Assembly: GCF_037042905.1 (NCBI RefSeq)
Contig: NC_087252.1
Coordinates: 8,496,001-8,560,000 of the forward strand
Origin: Lytechinus pictus
Taxonomy: Eukaryota
Length of the DNA: 64,000 nucleotides
Direction of reading: 5' to 3'
Within the stretch, counting starts at the first letter, position 1. Every line of letters starts with the position of its first letter. Below, piece after piece: positions 45,442 to 59,765 of this stretch. Below the pieces are notes generated by a model. It ran no database searches and was not told the origin of the DNA. It saw nothing but the letters and a program-made list of their open reading frames with translations. The translations under genes were made by a program, and so were the position numbers.

Positions 45442-47531
45442 CCGCATTGCTAGTCTTGTCTTAAGGCTAACATGATATTTTCATCAATGCACAACATTGT
45501 ATTCTCATGGATTCCCTAAACACGCTATGGGGGATATGCTATTCAATAGGCATATAGGTGCGAGCTTTACGATAGTATGGACATTCATGCCTTGATGTTG
45601 TATTTGTTTAAGTAGACTATGACCACTTAAGATAATAATGCATTCAGAAATACATGATTTAATCAACCGTCTGGAGAGAGTTACTCCGACCTTCATCCGG
45701 CCGAGATACTCCTGGAAACCACTAGGAGTAGGCCTATTTATTGTCGGAGGAAGGTCGGAGTAATTATGTCCAGACGGGCACTACCCCGACCTTTCAACCG
45801 ACAATTCCTCCGACCAGAACAGCCTTCGTCTCGGTCGTAATAAGATATCTTTGGAATTTGTTCATGTATAATAGAACTTTACTCCGACTATATTGTATTG
45901 TGTTTTTTTTTATTTATTCAATCAAGGTTTAAGAAGCCTGCTTTCAGCTAGAAGCTGCTTTTCAGCAAGGCCGTGAACAATTGATACTAATAAATAATAC
46001 AAATATGAAAGAGAATGAGCTTACAAAAAAAAACGAAAACATAACATAAAAAATATGAATAAAATACAATTAGCAAAAGAAGAATTGAAGTAAACAAATA
46101 TGAAAAGTAAAGACTGAAACGAGATAATATATAAAGTAATATCAAAATCAAACAAAAATGAGTGTTATTTAATATAATAGGATCCAATGCATGTGAACTA
46201 GACTAAGACGTGTTGGTTGTCCCGGTTTGGTTGTGCTTTGTCCTGAAGTATATTTGACAATACATTTTATTTCCTTTTGAATTTGTCATACGCTCCCTTT
46301 TCTATATTTTTTTTACGACAGTTTGTTTTTGAGGCGGCTATGACTACCGCAGACGTTATTATTTTCATATCTTGAAAATAATGATCCATAATGTCAATAC
46401 ACTATGTTGAAAAGAAAAATCGGACTTTGGACTTTGGTGGCATGTGACAGCAAATACCGTGTGTCCCCAAAAAAGGAAACCCGTATGTTTCGATCATGAA
46501 ATTAACATGAATGTAAGAATGAAACCTTTCTTTGATCAGATACCTAATACATGGCGACATGTTCATACATTGCGAAGTAAAAATTGATGAATACTGAGCC
46601 GATTTGCGCAGAAACTCTATATTTGTCTACATCAGCACTCATTTATAGACACATTAATGCAAATGAGCCATCCATTTCTTGCACAATAGGCCGTCGCATT
46701 CGCAACAAATCTCGACTAATTTGTTTGCGCAATTTCGTTTAGTCATGGAATTTTTCTAAATCTTCTTGCTCATCTATGCGGGAACTATTCATTTTATATT
46801 TTGTTACAAAATGAAGAACAACTTAATTCTGTGACTATGTAAAAGTATCGTTAATCGATGATTGGTTTAAAAAAGAATCCTCGCCAAGCTTGGTTTCCTT
46901 TTTGTGGGACGCACTGTATAGTATAATACCAGGAACTATTGTGCATTTTCTAAACATGTTTTGCAGAAACCCTGGTATCAATTTCAATATCCCTGTACTG
47001 CTGAGCGAAGCAGACCTGATTGCACATTTATTGTGCTGCCGAATAAGAACATTCATCTCATTATTATGAATTGCGACACAAATGTAATAACCCGTGATAT
47101 GCACTGCTATTGAAACTGATTTCCAAAGGTCTTTTATAATAACCGTTCAGCAAATTCAGTCAACTCTAAAATACATAAGTGTGATAATTATGGTTATAGA
47201 ATACTGTGTATGAAAGATTCCCTGTTTACATTTCATCTAATTGAAAAAAAATACATGGTTATTTTTGCCCCCCTCCCTGTGTTTTAAAATTAAATTGTAT
47301 TTAATCACCATTGACATACCATACGATACGATACGGATTGAAAACTATATAGCTTAATTATCAAGAATAATATTTCAATATTTAAAAATTATTTCCAAGT
47401 AAATTTATGAAATCAACTTTTTGATCCCACTGCTTTGGTTCTTTTTTTCTGCTGGATGTTTCCTTTGTGACAAAGTCAAATACGCAATTCAGAGAGGGTA
47501 TTTATTAGAAAATATATTTTTAATACATATA

Positions 47532-47845
47532 CAGTACCAGTCAAAAGTTTGGGTACACTGTAATCAGAACTGATTTTTTACAATCATTTATAATTTATTC
47601 ACTTATTTTTTTAACACGATTCCCAAAGATGCTCTGCTGAAGTTGGCCGCTTTGTGTTTGCGATTCTGTCAAGTTCATCCCAAACCATCTCGATATGATA
47701 CAGATCGGGTGACTGTGAAGGCCATGTCATAATCTTCAGTTTACTCTCATGTTCTATTTTTTAAGACATTTTTTTACACAGCTTAGAACTATGTATGGGG
47801 TCATTGTCTTGCTGGAAGGTGAACTGAGGGCCGACCAACCCAGAT
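47532..47845 (-). mobile_element. Tc1 remnant, paralog of 40280-41250 with an internal deletion
   Basis: Same TIR. Minus strand retains FQQDNDP (~47797-47817) and WPSQSPDL. Confidence 0.85.
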
Positions 47846-49123
47846 GGAATAGCATGTCTCTGTCTCTGCATGTCTCTGATCACCAGCAAATCATGTTGGT
47901 GATCTGTTTAGAGTGCGTGGTACACTAGACCAACATGGTTATCACAGTATCATCCAGATAAATTAAGACATACTACATAAATACGGTATCATAGGAGTCT
48001 GTGAAAAAATAATGGGGGGGGGGGTAATTGGAATCCAGCCTTTGAGTTATTGCGTAAACTAGCATAATTATTTTTCCAATTTTTCTTCAGCCCGAAACTT
48101 AGGACGAAACTGCTACTCCGATTTACCAATTTGGACAAAAAAAACCCAGCCGATCACTGTGAAATGACTTGCATTTTCAATAGATTTACTATGTTCTGAA
48201 TTCGTTCTGCATCGCGGAGCAAACTGTTGTTGTTTGTTGGTATATAATAGCGACAAGCCATATTTGACTAGCTCTTCTCTCTCTCTATTTTTGGTTTAAT
48301 TTTTTCCTTTCCTCCTTTTCCCCTCCTCGTTTTTTCGTTACTCTCCCTTTTTAAGAATATATATATTTTTTTCGTTTTTTTATCAAAAATTCCCCATGTT
48401 TCGCCTTGATTGGTCAGAAGTTTGAAATGGGCGTGAACTCCGTAGACTCTTGTGGCGCTCTATGGGTGACCTACCATATCGACGTTCAATGGTCAACAAA
48501 ACATAACAATTACGTTCTCATTCTTCATGAAAAAGTTACAATGTTATGTTCTGAGTGACCGGGGGGGGGGGGATACCAGAGTTCACAACCCCTAATCTGT
48601 CCCGAAAGTTCAAAGCGGGATATAATTGATGCTGTGCTGGTCAGAGTATGTAAACACATCCATTATCATGATTATATGAAACAATAAAATTAGAATGTAA
48701 GTGCTTTCGATACTCTGACCTTTTAAACACAAAACTCAAATTTGTCAGATTTTGACATGATATTCAGAAAATAATATCATACCTCGACCCGTTTCATTTT
48801 TTCCTTTGCTTTTTTTTTTTTTTTTTTTTTTTTTGGGGGGGGGGGCATGTCCCTAAGGCCCCCACCCTCTAAACTGTACGCCTGTGATTATCACGTAGAC
48901 GTAAAAGCTAGGTACTCATTTTCGTTGGTAGTTTCGCCCTTGCACCGCAGTCACCACGCCGGTGTCGATTGAAACACTTGGTCATTATAGCATTTTAACA
49001 TTTTTAAAAATTATTATCATTTATTATCATTACAGTATTATTATTGGTTTGGCGCCACCTGTGTCTGCAAGGCGAAAAGCGAACTGAATCACTATGACCC
49101 ACAGGTTTCTTATTCCAGTTCAG

Positions 49124-49565
49124 GTTGTGACTTTATTAAACTGTTAGAAACAATATATAAACTAATGCATCTTTACACACACAAAAAAAAAACCCTGTAA
49201 CGTTTTAGTTGTGACTTTATTACAATGTGAGAAACCATTCATAAACTAATGCATCTTTACAACGAAATAAAAATCTATTTAAAGTTTTAGTTGTGACTTT
49301 ATTACAATGTGAGAAACCATTCATAAACTTATGCATATTTACCCAAAAAAATCCCTTTAATGTTTTAGTTGTGACTTTATTACAATGTGAGAAACCATTC
49401 ATAAACTAATGCATATTTACAAAAAAAAAATCCCTTTAATGTTTTACTTGTGACTCTATTACAATTTTAGAAACCATTCATTAACTAATGCATATTAAAA
49501 AAAATCCCTTTAATGTTTTAGTTGTGACTTTATTAGAATTTTAGAAACCATTCATAAACTAATGG
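49124..49565 (+). repeat. ~80-bp minisatellite, 6 units
   Basis: Units at ~49125, 49209, 49291, 49369, 49448 and 49522. Same unit as 42820-43020. Confidence 0.92.
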
Positions 49566-49859
49566 CGAGATGATTGATTTATTTATTTTTTTTTCGGCGA
49601 CATACTGCATATCGAGCGAAAAATAATGGATATACAGATCAGATCATTCTATTTCATTATTTTGATGTGTAATAACTACAAAAAATATTGAGATATGAGT
49701 TTCAGAAGTTCAAAAGAAAAAAACCTTTACTAAGAAAAAAATGCGGGCTTGTACATAGGTAGCAAATACTCAACAGAGCGCGCGAGTTACGGTCGTCTCT
49801 TTTTGACGGCGACAATGACGTAATCACTGGAATCTTAACAAAGGTATGTCTGATATGTC

Positions 49860-50490
49860 ATTAACCTAGCAAATGTATGGACATAAGGGTAATCAAGTAA
49901 AATTAATCACCCTGAATGAGTTTAAAATCAAATGATGGAGGTCAAAGTTTATTTAGGGTCAATGATCTTTGAACATGTTGGGATGTCAACATTGATATCT
50001 TAACCAAGTTTAAATTTTTGATGTGCCATAATTTCGAAAGTATATGGATCCCCTTACTGAAACGTAATCATAATTACAATCAAGTCTGATCATTTTCATA
50101 AGTTTCAGGTAACAGGATTAAGGTCAAATGCGATGTAGAGTCAATTAACTTTGACCATGCGGTTTATAAACATTTAAACCTTACTAAGATTGAATTTTTG
50201 ACATGTTATAACTTCGAAAGTATATCAAACTACAGTATTTCGAGAAATTTGGACATAAGAGCAACTAGGTATCACTGATAATCTGACAAGAGTTTCAAGT
50301 CACATGGTCAAAATCAAATGTCATTTAAGGTCAAAGAAGATTTTAAAATGCGAAGATAATTTTGCAAACATAAGGTTCTCTTACATTAAACTTATATTAT
50401 GCTATCAGGTATCGCCATATATATTAATAGAATTTGAGGTTACAAAGCGAAGGTCAGAGGTCACTTGAGGGCCAATAAATTTAAACAACT
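49860..50490 (-). repeat. Highly decayed TGACCTT-type tandem-repeat element related to 6268-7220
   Basis: Recurrent aggtcaaa...ggtcaa, ttggacataag and aacttcgaaagtat motifs, the reverse complement of the 6.3-7.1-kb unit. Confidence 0.55.
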
Positions 50491-50599
50491 TAGAGTTAAG
50501 GTTTAGATCTATTCAGGATTGTAATATTAAAGTTATGAGTCTTTATAACTAGGATTTAAACTAAGATTTTTTTTTCAATTTGTTTCCCCTCCACAGGGA

Positions 50600-53420
50600 T
50601 TTTATTATTATTCAAACATAACAAGATATCTTTTCAATGACAAATCAAATTAATAACAACGAAATACAGTACAACAGTAGTTGCAACAAATATATAAATT
50701 GAATTTTCAGGTTCACATAATAGTAAACAATTTAAGGAACAAGCGAGGAGTAAATGAGCAATAATATTCATATGTATCATTGTACATGGAAAGGGAACTG
50801 AACAGATCACTTCATGTAAACATGGCGCGTAATTGAAACCATTTCTTTGTAAACTTTACCATTTTACAATTTGACTCTGCGATATATTTTTAATTCTTGA
50901 AATAATTCTGAAGTACAAATTTGATATTATCAAAAACAGGTAATTGATGTTTTACTCTGGAGGTGTAAATCATCTGTCGTATCACTATCAATAAACAATT
51001 TAATGCATAATTACTTGAACCTCTTAAACCAAATATTTTTTCTTTATTAGAGAAAAATATTCTATTTCCAGTTGTAAGAAATATCCATTGTTCAAACCTG
51101 TCCCATATATGTTTAATACATGTACATTCACAAAGTAGATGAGTAACTGTTTCACGGTGTACATTACAAAAAGTACATTTTTTTTGTTGAGCTGAATTAA
51201 TTTTAAACAATATTTCATTTGTATATAAAATACGTTGCATTATTTTGAACTGGAACCAACGTAAGTTCACATCGGTAGTACAACTGAATCCAATAGAGCA
51301 ATACGGCTGCCATTGCTTGTCATTCATATCGAAACTTTTACATTCCACTTTTCTTTTCTTTTTAAGAATCGTATAGATGTGTGAACAACCTTTATAATAT
51401 TTCATAACAAGTGCTATTGTATCAGGGATAATATGTTCTTGGAACTTGCTAAAGTGTGTGCCATTGCTAAAACCGTCTCTTATAGCATCACATGATCCAC
51501 GGTAAAAAAGAAAATTTATTTGAACATTGTATTTTTCCTGAAGGTAATTAAAAGAGAGGAAATTGCCATGTACATCTAAAATATCATTAACAAAACGAAC
51601 ACCCCTATTATTTAGAGATCTACTGTGAATTGAGCTATTACCTATTTTGATAAAATCATTGTTCCATAAGGGTTGGCAAGGTATATCATTATAGTCCATA
51701 AATAACAGTGTGCTATACGCTAAAAACATTTCCTTCCAAAAAGGATTTTTAATTTCGTGTGCCAGTCTAAAAAATTGCTATTTTCCATATCAAGATCCAA
51801 GTTTTGCGTTTTATGCAAAAAAAGACTAAAGAAGACAAATAATATTACCGTCAATGGAACCGTTTATCATTTTTTTCATCCAAGAAATTTCCAATGACAG
51901 GCAATGCAGATTTATGTCTATCATTTTTACTCCACCTTCAGAATAACTCTGAGACATTTGATTTCTACTTACTTTATCTGGTATCTCTCCCCATATGAAT
52001 CTATGAAATTGGGAATTTACATCTTTTAGAAATAACTCACTTGGATTCGGGAGAGAAAGAATTAAGTAGTTCAATTTAGACACAATGACTTGACAACCGT
52101 AACTCTTCCAAGGACCGTCAGGTAACGTCTTAACCATGAAGTCATTTGAATTTTGATCACTTTAAACTTTTCATTGTAATTATGCACTGTCATTTTCTGA
52201 AGATCTGTACAAAAATATATACCTAAATATCTGAAGTATTCATCAAATAGCCAATTCAAATTCCTATTGGCAAGAATACAGTCTTTCTTGTTCTTGTATC
52301 CTCCAATCCATATTGCATGTGTCTTGGTTATATTAACTGTCAAACCTGATATTGTTTTATATTTTTCCAAGATGTCAAAAGCACTACTCAATTCCCTCTC
52401 TGAACCGTTTAATGTCAGAAGAGTGTCATCTGCATACTGTAATATTTTATGAGATTTGCCAGAGGGCATCCTCAAACCATCTCTTGACGTTGATTGTCGA
52501 AACAAAACAATGTCAGCACATAATAGAAAAATATATGGAGACAATGGATCTCCTTGGCGACAGCCTCGCTCTATTGAAATTTTGGGAGAAGGTGTCCATT
52601 GATTAAAACACAACATTGAGCATTTTCATAAAACACATCAAACCATTTAACAATGGTCGGACCGAATTTAAAGAACTGTAGTACATTGCGAATAAAGTCA
52701 TGAGAAATTGAATCGAATGCCTTCTCAAAATCTATAAGTAACAATAAACCGGGAATATCGTTTAATTCAGTATATAATAATATATCATATAACAAGCGGA
52801 TGTTTTCTCCGATAAAGCGTCCGGACATAAACCCTTTCTGATTCTCATGAATAAGAAGAGGGAGTACATTCTTCAATCTATTAGCTATACAAGTAGATCC
52901 TATTTTGCATACGACATTTAATAATGATATGGGTCTCCAATTTTTTAAATACTGTCTATCTTTACTTCCTTTGGGGATTAAAGTAATAACTCCCAACTTA
53001 TGTATGTAAGGCATACCAGATACAAATGAAGAGTTTAAATATCTAACTAAAAATATATGGATTTCCTTCCAAAAATGTTTAAAAAATTCAACAGTGAATC
53101 CATCTAGACCAGGAGATTTATTGTTTTTCATATTTGTTAGGGCATAATAAACCTCGACGGTGGAGAGCTCTCCTTCTAAATTCCGTGACATAGCATTTGT
53201 TAATTTATTTAGTTCATCTTTGTTTATCATTGCATTTAAATCAATATTTATAACAGGGTGCCTTTCATATAGTAGTGAATAGAAATAAACAATTTCTGAT
53301 GTAATGTCCTCATGTGTTGTTACTTCCTAATTTTCATTGGTAATCAATTTGCATATTCTTTTATTAACAACATTTTTCTTTTCTAAATTTAAAAAATATT
53401 TGGATGTTTTTTTTTAATTT
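50600..53420 (-). mobile_element. 5'-truncated L1/Tx1-clade LINE, ORF2 pseudogene (several frameshifts)
   Basis: KSPGLDGFTVEFFK, KNWRPISLLNV, QKGF, LIDFEKAFDSI, RGCRQGDPLSP, QYADD, RYLGI, and a C-terminal CTFC...ETVTHLLCEC zinc finger, spread over 4 ORF pieces. Confidence 0.95.
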
Positions 53421-55774
53421 AAACTAAGATGAATATAATTTGAAATTACTGGGTCAAGGTCAAATGTCATTTCAAATCAATTGTCTTGGAAACAAATTAG
53501 TTTCGGCAGTTATTGATAAAACAATATTTAGATATCCCATATGCATCAAATTTGTATACTTGCTCAGTCTGTGGGTATCTGAACACGAAAGAGCTTGCAA
53601 GAAAATTTCAATTTCAATCTGTTAATTAGAACGAAATATGACCATTAAATTTGAGGAATAGCTAATTGAAAGAATTTGCCTTCTTAAAAAAACCCAGGCA
53701 TATTAAAAACCCATGACCGTTTCTCTAAAAAAAAAGTTGATAGGGATAAAACTACCTTTAATAGGTCTACTAATTTTCAATTCAACTGATGCACGCACTA
53801 AATATCACAATTCATTTGCAAATTACCAATTACATGATGACTCACAATGACATTTTTTGTAAGCAGAATCCGTGTAAAAGAACTCAAAGCCGAACTACAG
53901 AAACGTGGACTCAATAAAAGAAATAAAGGAACACTAGAGTGACAAAGAATATTCGGATCTATTCAAACTATTTAGTGTTACATTGTGTGCATGAACTTGC
54001 TGAAAGGATTTCGGAGCTGGAATCAAAGATCGAGGAAGAATAACTTGTGAAAGAGAAAGAAAACCTCAATGCAAATACCCCATCTCTCATGTAACATCTT
54101 TTCCGTTTTAATAGACGTATTGCCAAACTATTCCTTTAACTTGTTTTTAATTTATAAATTTATAGGCCTATAGTTGGCAAACGTCCGGACAAACGTTCAA
54201 GCTGCTCTGACGGAGCTTGAAAAACCGAAAAAGCAAATGCGTGAACGCACAAGTAAAAGGCATTTGTTTACTCATTTTTATGCATACTGAATCAATCGAA
54301 AGCCAACCAAAAGCCTAGAAAAAGCAATTAAATTGCTACTTTTTATGCATCTAACCCCATTTTTCCCTCACACAAAGCGCCCCCTACGCTGGAATGTCAT
54401 ATTATAATAGTCGCCAAAATAGTTCGTCGTCCTTCAGTACACTATTACTTACTTCTCCATAGGCTCACGCGCAAAAATGATATTTGATAAAATGAATAAG
54501 AATAAGTTTTAATGACACAATTCACTTTTCTTTCATACTGCAATTCTCTGTAATGTCTTAATACACGTTCAAAATACATTAATGTGTACAACTCAAGCTT
54601 TCATCCATTAACAATACACAATCTTAACGAAAGAGACGGAGAACTATACAACTCTTTTCATTTCATTTCGTTTATTTTGTACATTTTGACATACAAATAA
54701 CAAAACATAATATTTCACGTTTCCCTGTTCAATAACCATTTTCAAGATTATTACATATAAGGTTGGAAATGGAGGAGGCTGCTAAAAAGCGGAGCTTAAG
54801 TTGTAGAGTGCAGCTTCCTAATAAATATTCTTGTTACATAGCATATACAAATACTTGAGCATAAACCAGTTGAATTAAAAAGAAACAGGGGGAATTAAAT
54901 TAGAAAGGGAAATACAAAAAGAGAGATTAAAGGTCTCCAGAATCCAGCCCCAGTACTCAAAGACGGACCTCGCTGATCAAAAGGAAAACGGAATAGATGG
55001 AATAGTGTACGTCACATTAAAAACTTTCCCTTCTTACTCCTTAAGGTAGTTTTATATTTGCCTCTCCCTCCCCTTTATTCGTCTTTAACTTTCTGTTGCT
55101 TTGTCTGGGGTTTTGAGGTCAAGTATTTTTTTTCATATGTACTTTATGTATTCCATTTTTATTTTTTGCTCATTGGGGATTGACCTTGATAGATCAATAT
55201 AGCCTTTGTCATGCAATCCCCTCCACATTTTGATCTTGTATGTCTTTTTTATGTAATATATATTGTAACTATTTATACTTGTATTGTTAATATCTATTGT
55301 ATGTATTCAATATTACTGATATTGTATGTTTTTATTCAATATGTGGAAAATAAGTTGAATTGAAAGGCCATTTTAATGCCGCAATGTTAGGATATGCCAG
55401 ACATGTTCTTTGGATTTCTCTTGGAGATTGCGAAAGATTCATTAAGTACAGACTTACTGGCCAGATACAATAGGAAATATGCTTTTATAATGATAATTAC
55501 TTTTCGTTGTCACTGGGAGCACACACAATTGCTAATTCTTTCGAGGGAAAGCAAAATAAATGTTGCAATATTGGTTGAAATATGATTTCAAACTGATGAT
55601 TCCACTAGTCGCATGTGGCCGCAGCTGCATGAGACACATAACACAGCATAACAGGTATATATATATTTCTCGAAACTAATGTTATATATTTTTTCATAAT
55701 TAATAAGTGTGTGGAAATTTGTAAAATGATGAATTAAGAATTGTCAAATTCTGAGAGTATTTTACATTCTGACA

Positions 55775-58700
55775 CTGTTATCATGCAATATTTCGCCAAA
55801 TTTTAGGACATAATAAATGCTATGAGATGTATTTCATATTATACTGTCCACATTTTGAGATCAAATAAAATTGGAAATATTCAATTGTCTATTTCCAACA
55901 CAAATCACTTTTCAGTTTTCCCATGAATCTGGCGGCATCACAGGGCGCCACCAAAGACTACAGTCCACCTGTGCATTCATTTGTACTTCTTAAAAAATCG
56001 GAAGCAACATGAATTGATTCATCTTTTGTTGTCACTCTCTTTTTTAAATATCCTTGTTTGGATGCACTATAATGCCCATTCCACATATTTTCGCTAGTAA
56101 ATTGCTTCGCTCACTCAACCGCATCCCGCCAAATTAAATGCTCATGGCTACGCTAGGGAGTTAGGCCGCAGGTTTTCACACGAAAGCACAGTTGTCATGG
56201 TTGTCCATCCTGAGCTCATTCCAATAAAAATAATTTCGCTATTTTCGAGGGTCTTCCACTTTTAAACATGCACAGTCATAAACTCGAATAAAACAATACA
56301 GTGGTCAATAGCAATTCGAATGGGATGCATAACACTACAGTGTATTTAGATTTATTCAATTCAATTCAAGTCAAATAAATATTTTCTTTCTTCCATTTCA
56401 CAATTTCTATATTTTTCGTAACCATAAATTCATACAAAAATCAGTTTGTTATGGAAAATATAAAATGTGCATGTTAGGTTTAAAGAAGGCGTATACCCTA
56501 AAAGCTGAGGCTTGTGGTGGGATACGCCTATAGACATAAATTCAATACGATAAACAATACAAATGAAAGGGTAGAGAAAATCTCAATTTATACAATAGTG
56601 TATAAGCAATAAACATGACATAAATCACTAAACTCAACTCTTTTCACTCTATTCTTCTTAGCATACGAGTAAAACATATACGAAAAATAGCACAGATAAA
56701 AGAAAAATCACAGACACCAATACAATACAACAAAGAGGTTCCCGAGAGGTAGTAGAAAAAGCAAAAATATCATAAACGAATCCAACTAATTAACAGCAAA
56801 GCTATGTTACATAGATACATAATTAGGTGATCAACTACTTATCTGATAATGAATTCTACACTAACCGTTGGTGATAAAAATAGTATTTGTTCCTGCTTTG
56901 CCAATATACATGTTATTGCTGTCTCCGATTGTATGATAATGTACGTTACGATTCTAAAAACAAAATGAATATTGATTGATTGCTTTTTTTTCCCTGCATT
57001 CAGTATATCAGATACAAGTTTACAAGATAATATGTACAAATGTAAATATATAACAAATTTATGATACAGTTACAGTATAAGCATTGGATCAATGATATTT
57101 TTGAAATGTATTACTCATTTAAACAAAATGACAGATTAAAAGAATGCAGGAGACCGCCATGGTGAGCGTTAAGGCTTGATAATGATGGCGGCCTCGTAAA
57201 CTAAGGTATATGTATTTCTTCATTGATCAAGTGTGAAATTGTAATTTAAATATGGTAAAAATATATCAATAGCATTCACACACAAAAAAAACGGTTTAAT
57301 AATCATGAATATAATAAAATTTTAAAGTTTTGTAAGCCTTGAAAGACTGCTCGGAACGAGCATAAAATAGCAATTGGTTTATATTGCTTATTCCAGTTTT
57401 CGTAGTACTATCTTTCTTTCCTTCTTTCTCTTACCAGCCTTCTTTTTCAAATTTCCTTTTGTATTTCCTTCATTTTTTTTGCTTCCTTCTACCTTTCTCT
57501 CCTTTTTCTTTTCGTTCTTTCTCTCGATCCTTCCATTATTTTCTTTTTTTTTTCATTCTCTCCTCCCTTCATTCTTTCCTCCCTCTTTTCCTCCTTTCTT
57601 TCATTCTTTATTTTATTTTTCGTTTATTCTTTTCCCTTATTCTTTCTTTCTTTCCCTACCTTCCTTCCCTCCTTCCCCCCTTCCTGTTTTTCTTCTTTCT
57701 TTGTTTCTTACTTTCAAAGAATGAAGGAAACGTAACTTTCCTTCATTTTTTCGTTCCTTCTCCTTTTTTCTCACTGTTTTTCTCTCCTTTATTTTGTCTT
57801 TGAATTCACACATTTATTTATCTTCCTTTCCTTTCTCTCTATATTCAATTCAAAGAATGACGGTAACCCTTTTCTCTCTTTTATTCTTTCTTTCATCCTT
57901 CTATTATTCTAACTTTCTTTTATTATTTTTCCCCTTCATTTTTTCGTTCTTCTCAATTCATCTCTTTTCTTTCGTCTTTTCTTTCTCTTCTTCATTCTTT
58001 CGTTCACACTCCCTTCCAATTCCTTATATATTTGTTCACAAGTCTAACACTGTGTAGCCTTCTCATTTGATCTTTTTTGGTCGATTGTCCCGTATTTCAT
58101 TTTGTGAAATCTGGTCACCCTGCTGTTATCTTACAATATTTCGCCAATTTTAGGACATAATAAATGCTTTGAGATCTATTTCGTATTATAATATCTACAT
58201 TTGTGATCAAATAAGATTTGAAATATTCAATTCTCTATTTCCAACACAAATCACTTTTCAGTTTTCCCATGAAACTGGCGGCATCACAGTTCGCCATCAA
58301 AGACTGTGTACAGTGCACGTGTGCATTCTTTTGTACTTCTTTAAAAATCAGAAGCAACATGAATTGATTCATCTTTTGTTGTCACTCTCTTTTCTAAATC
58401 TCCTTGTTTGGATGCACTATAATGCCCATTCCACACATTTTCGCTAGTAAATTGCTTCGCTCACTCAACCGCATCCCGCCAAATTAAATGCTTATGGCTA
58501 CGCTTGGGAGTTAGGCCGCCGATTGTCACACGAAAGCACAGTTGTCATGGTTGTCTATCCTGAGCTCATTCCAATAAAACTAATTTCGCTATTTTCGAGG
58601 GTCTTCCACTTGTAAACATGCACAGTCATAAACTCGAATAAAACAATCCAGTGGTCAATAGCAATTCGAATGGGATGCATGACACTACAGTGTATTTAGA

Positions 58701-59765
58701 TTTATTCAATTCAATTCAAGTCAAATAAATATTTTCTTTCTTCCATTTCACAATTTCTATATTTTTCGTAACCATAAATTCATACAAAAATCAGTTTGTT
58801 ATGAATATATAAAATGTGCATGTTAAGTTTGAGGACAAAGGCGTATACCCTAAAAGCTGAGGCTTGTGGTGGGATACGCCTATAGACATAAATACAATAC
58901 GATAAACAATACAAATGAAAGGGTAGAGAAAATCTCAATTCATACAATAGTGTATAAGCAATAAACATGACATAAAACACTAAACTCAACTCTTTTCACT
59001 CTATTCTTCTTAGCATACGAGTAAAACATATACGAAAAATAGCACAGATAAAATAAAAATCACACACACCAATACAATACAACAAAGGGGTTCCCGAGAG
59101 GTAGTAGAAAAAGCAAAAATATCATAAACGAATCCAACTAATTAACAGCAAAGCTATGTTACATAGATGAATAATTAAGTGATCAACTACTTATCTGATA
59201 ATGAATAATACACTAACTGTTGGTGATAAAACTAGTATTTGTTCCTGCTTTGCCAATGTACATGTTATTGCTGTCTCCGATTGTATGAGAATGTACGTTA
59301 CGATTCTAAAAACAAAATGAATATTGATTGATTGCTTTTTTTTCCTGCATTCAGTATATCAGATACAAGTTTACAAGATAATATGTACGAATGTAAATAT
59401 ATAACAAATTTATGATACAGTTACAGTATAAGCATTGGATCAATGATATTTTTGAAATGTATTACTCATTAAACAAAATGACAGATTAAAAGAATGCAGG
59501 AGACCGCCATGGTGAGCGTTAAGGCTTGATAATGATGGCGGCCACGTAAACTAAGGTATATGTATTTCTTCATTGATCAAGTGTGAAATTGTAATTTAAA
59601 TATGGTAAAAAGATATCAATAGCATTCACACACAAAAAAAAAACGGTTTAATAATCATGAATATAATAACATTTTAAAATCTTGTAAGCCTTGAAAGTCT
59701 GCTCGGAACGAGCATAAAATAGCAATTGGTTTATATTGCTTATTGCACGTTTTCGTAGTACTATC
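55775..59765 (+). repeat. Recent-looking 1.64-kb direct duplication (55775-57412 and 58123-59765)
   Basis: Near-identical blocks from ctgttatc...caatatttcgcca to ...tttcgtagtactatc, separated by a 710-bp spacer. Confidence 0.95.
57413..58122. mobile_element. Pyrimidine-rich tract ending in a single hAT-like terminus
   Basis: About 600 bp of mostly C/T, followed by ...tgtcccgtatttc...aaatCTGGTCACCCTG (58111-58122; reverse complement CAGGGTGACCAG). No partner end found. Confidence 0.6.

Larger units (their letters stand above)
45442..54932 (+). repeat. Segmental duplication copy C (only the region upstream of the putative first exon)
   Basis: Begins ccgcattgctagtcttgtctt as at ~37990. Shares the mariner MITE, the Tc1 remnant, the minisatellite and the 54410-54932 block with copy B. 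Confidence 0.88.

Noticed and set aside
57374..58057. Phe/Ser/Leu-rich multi-pass membrane ORFs
   Set aside because: Translation of a polypyrimidine tract.
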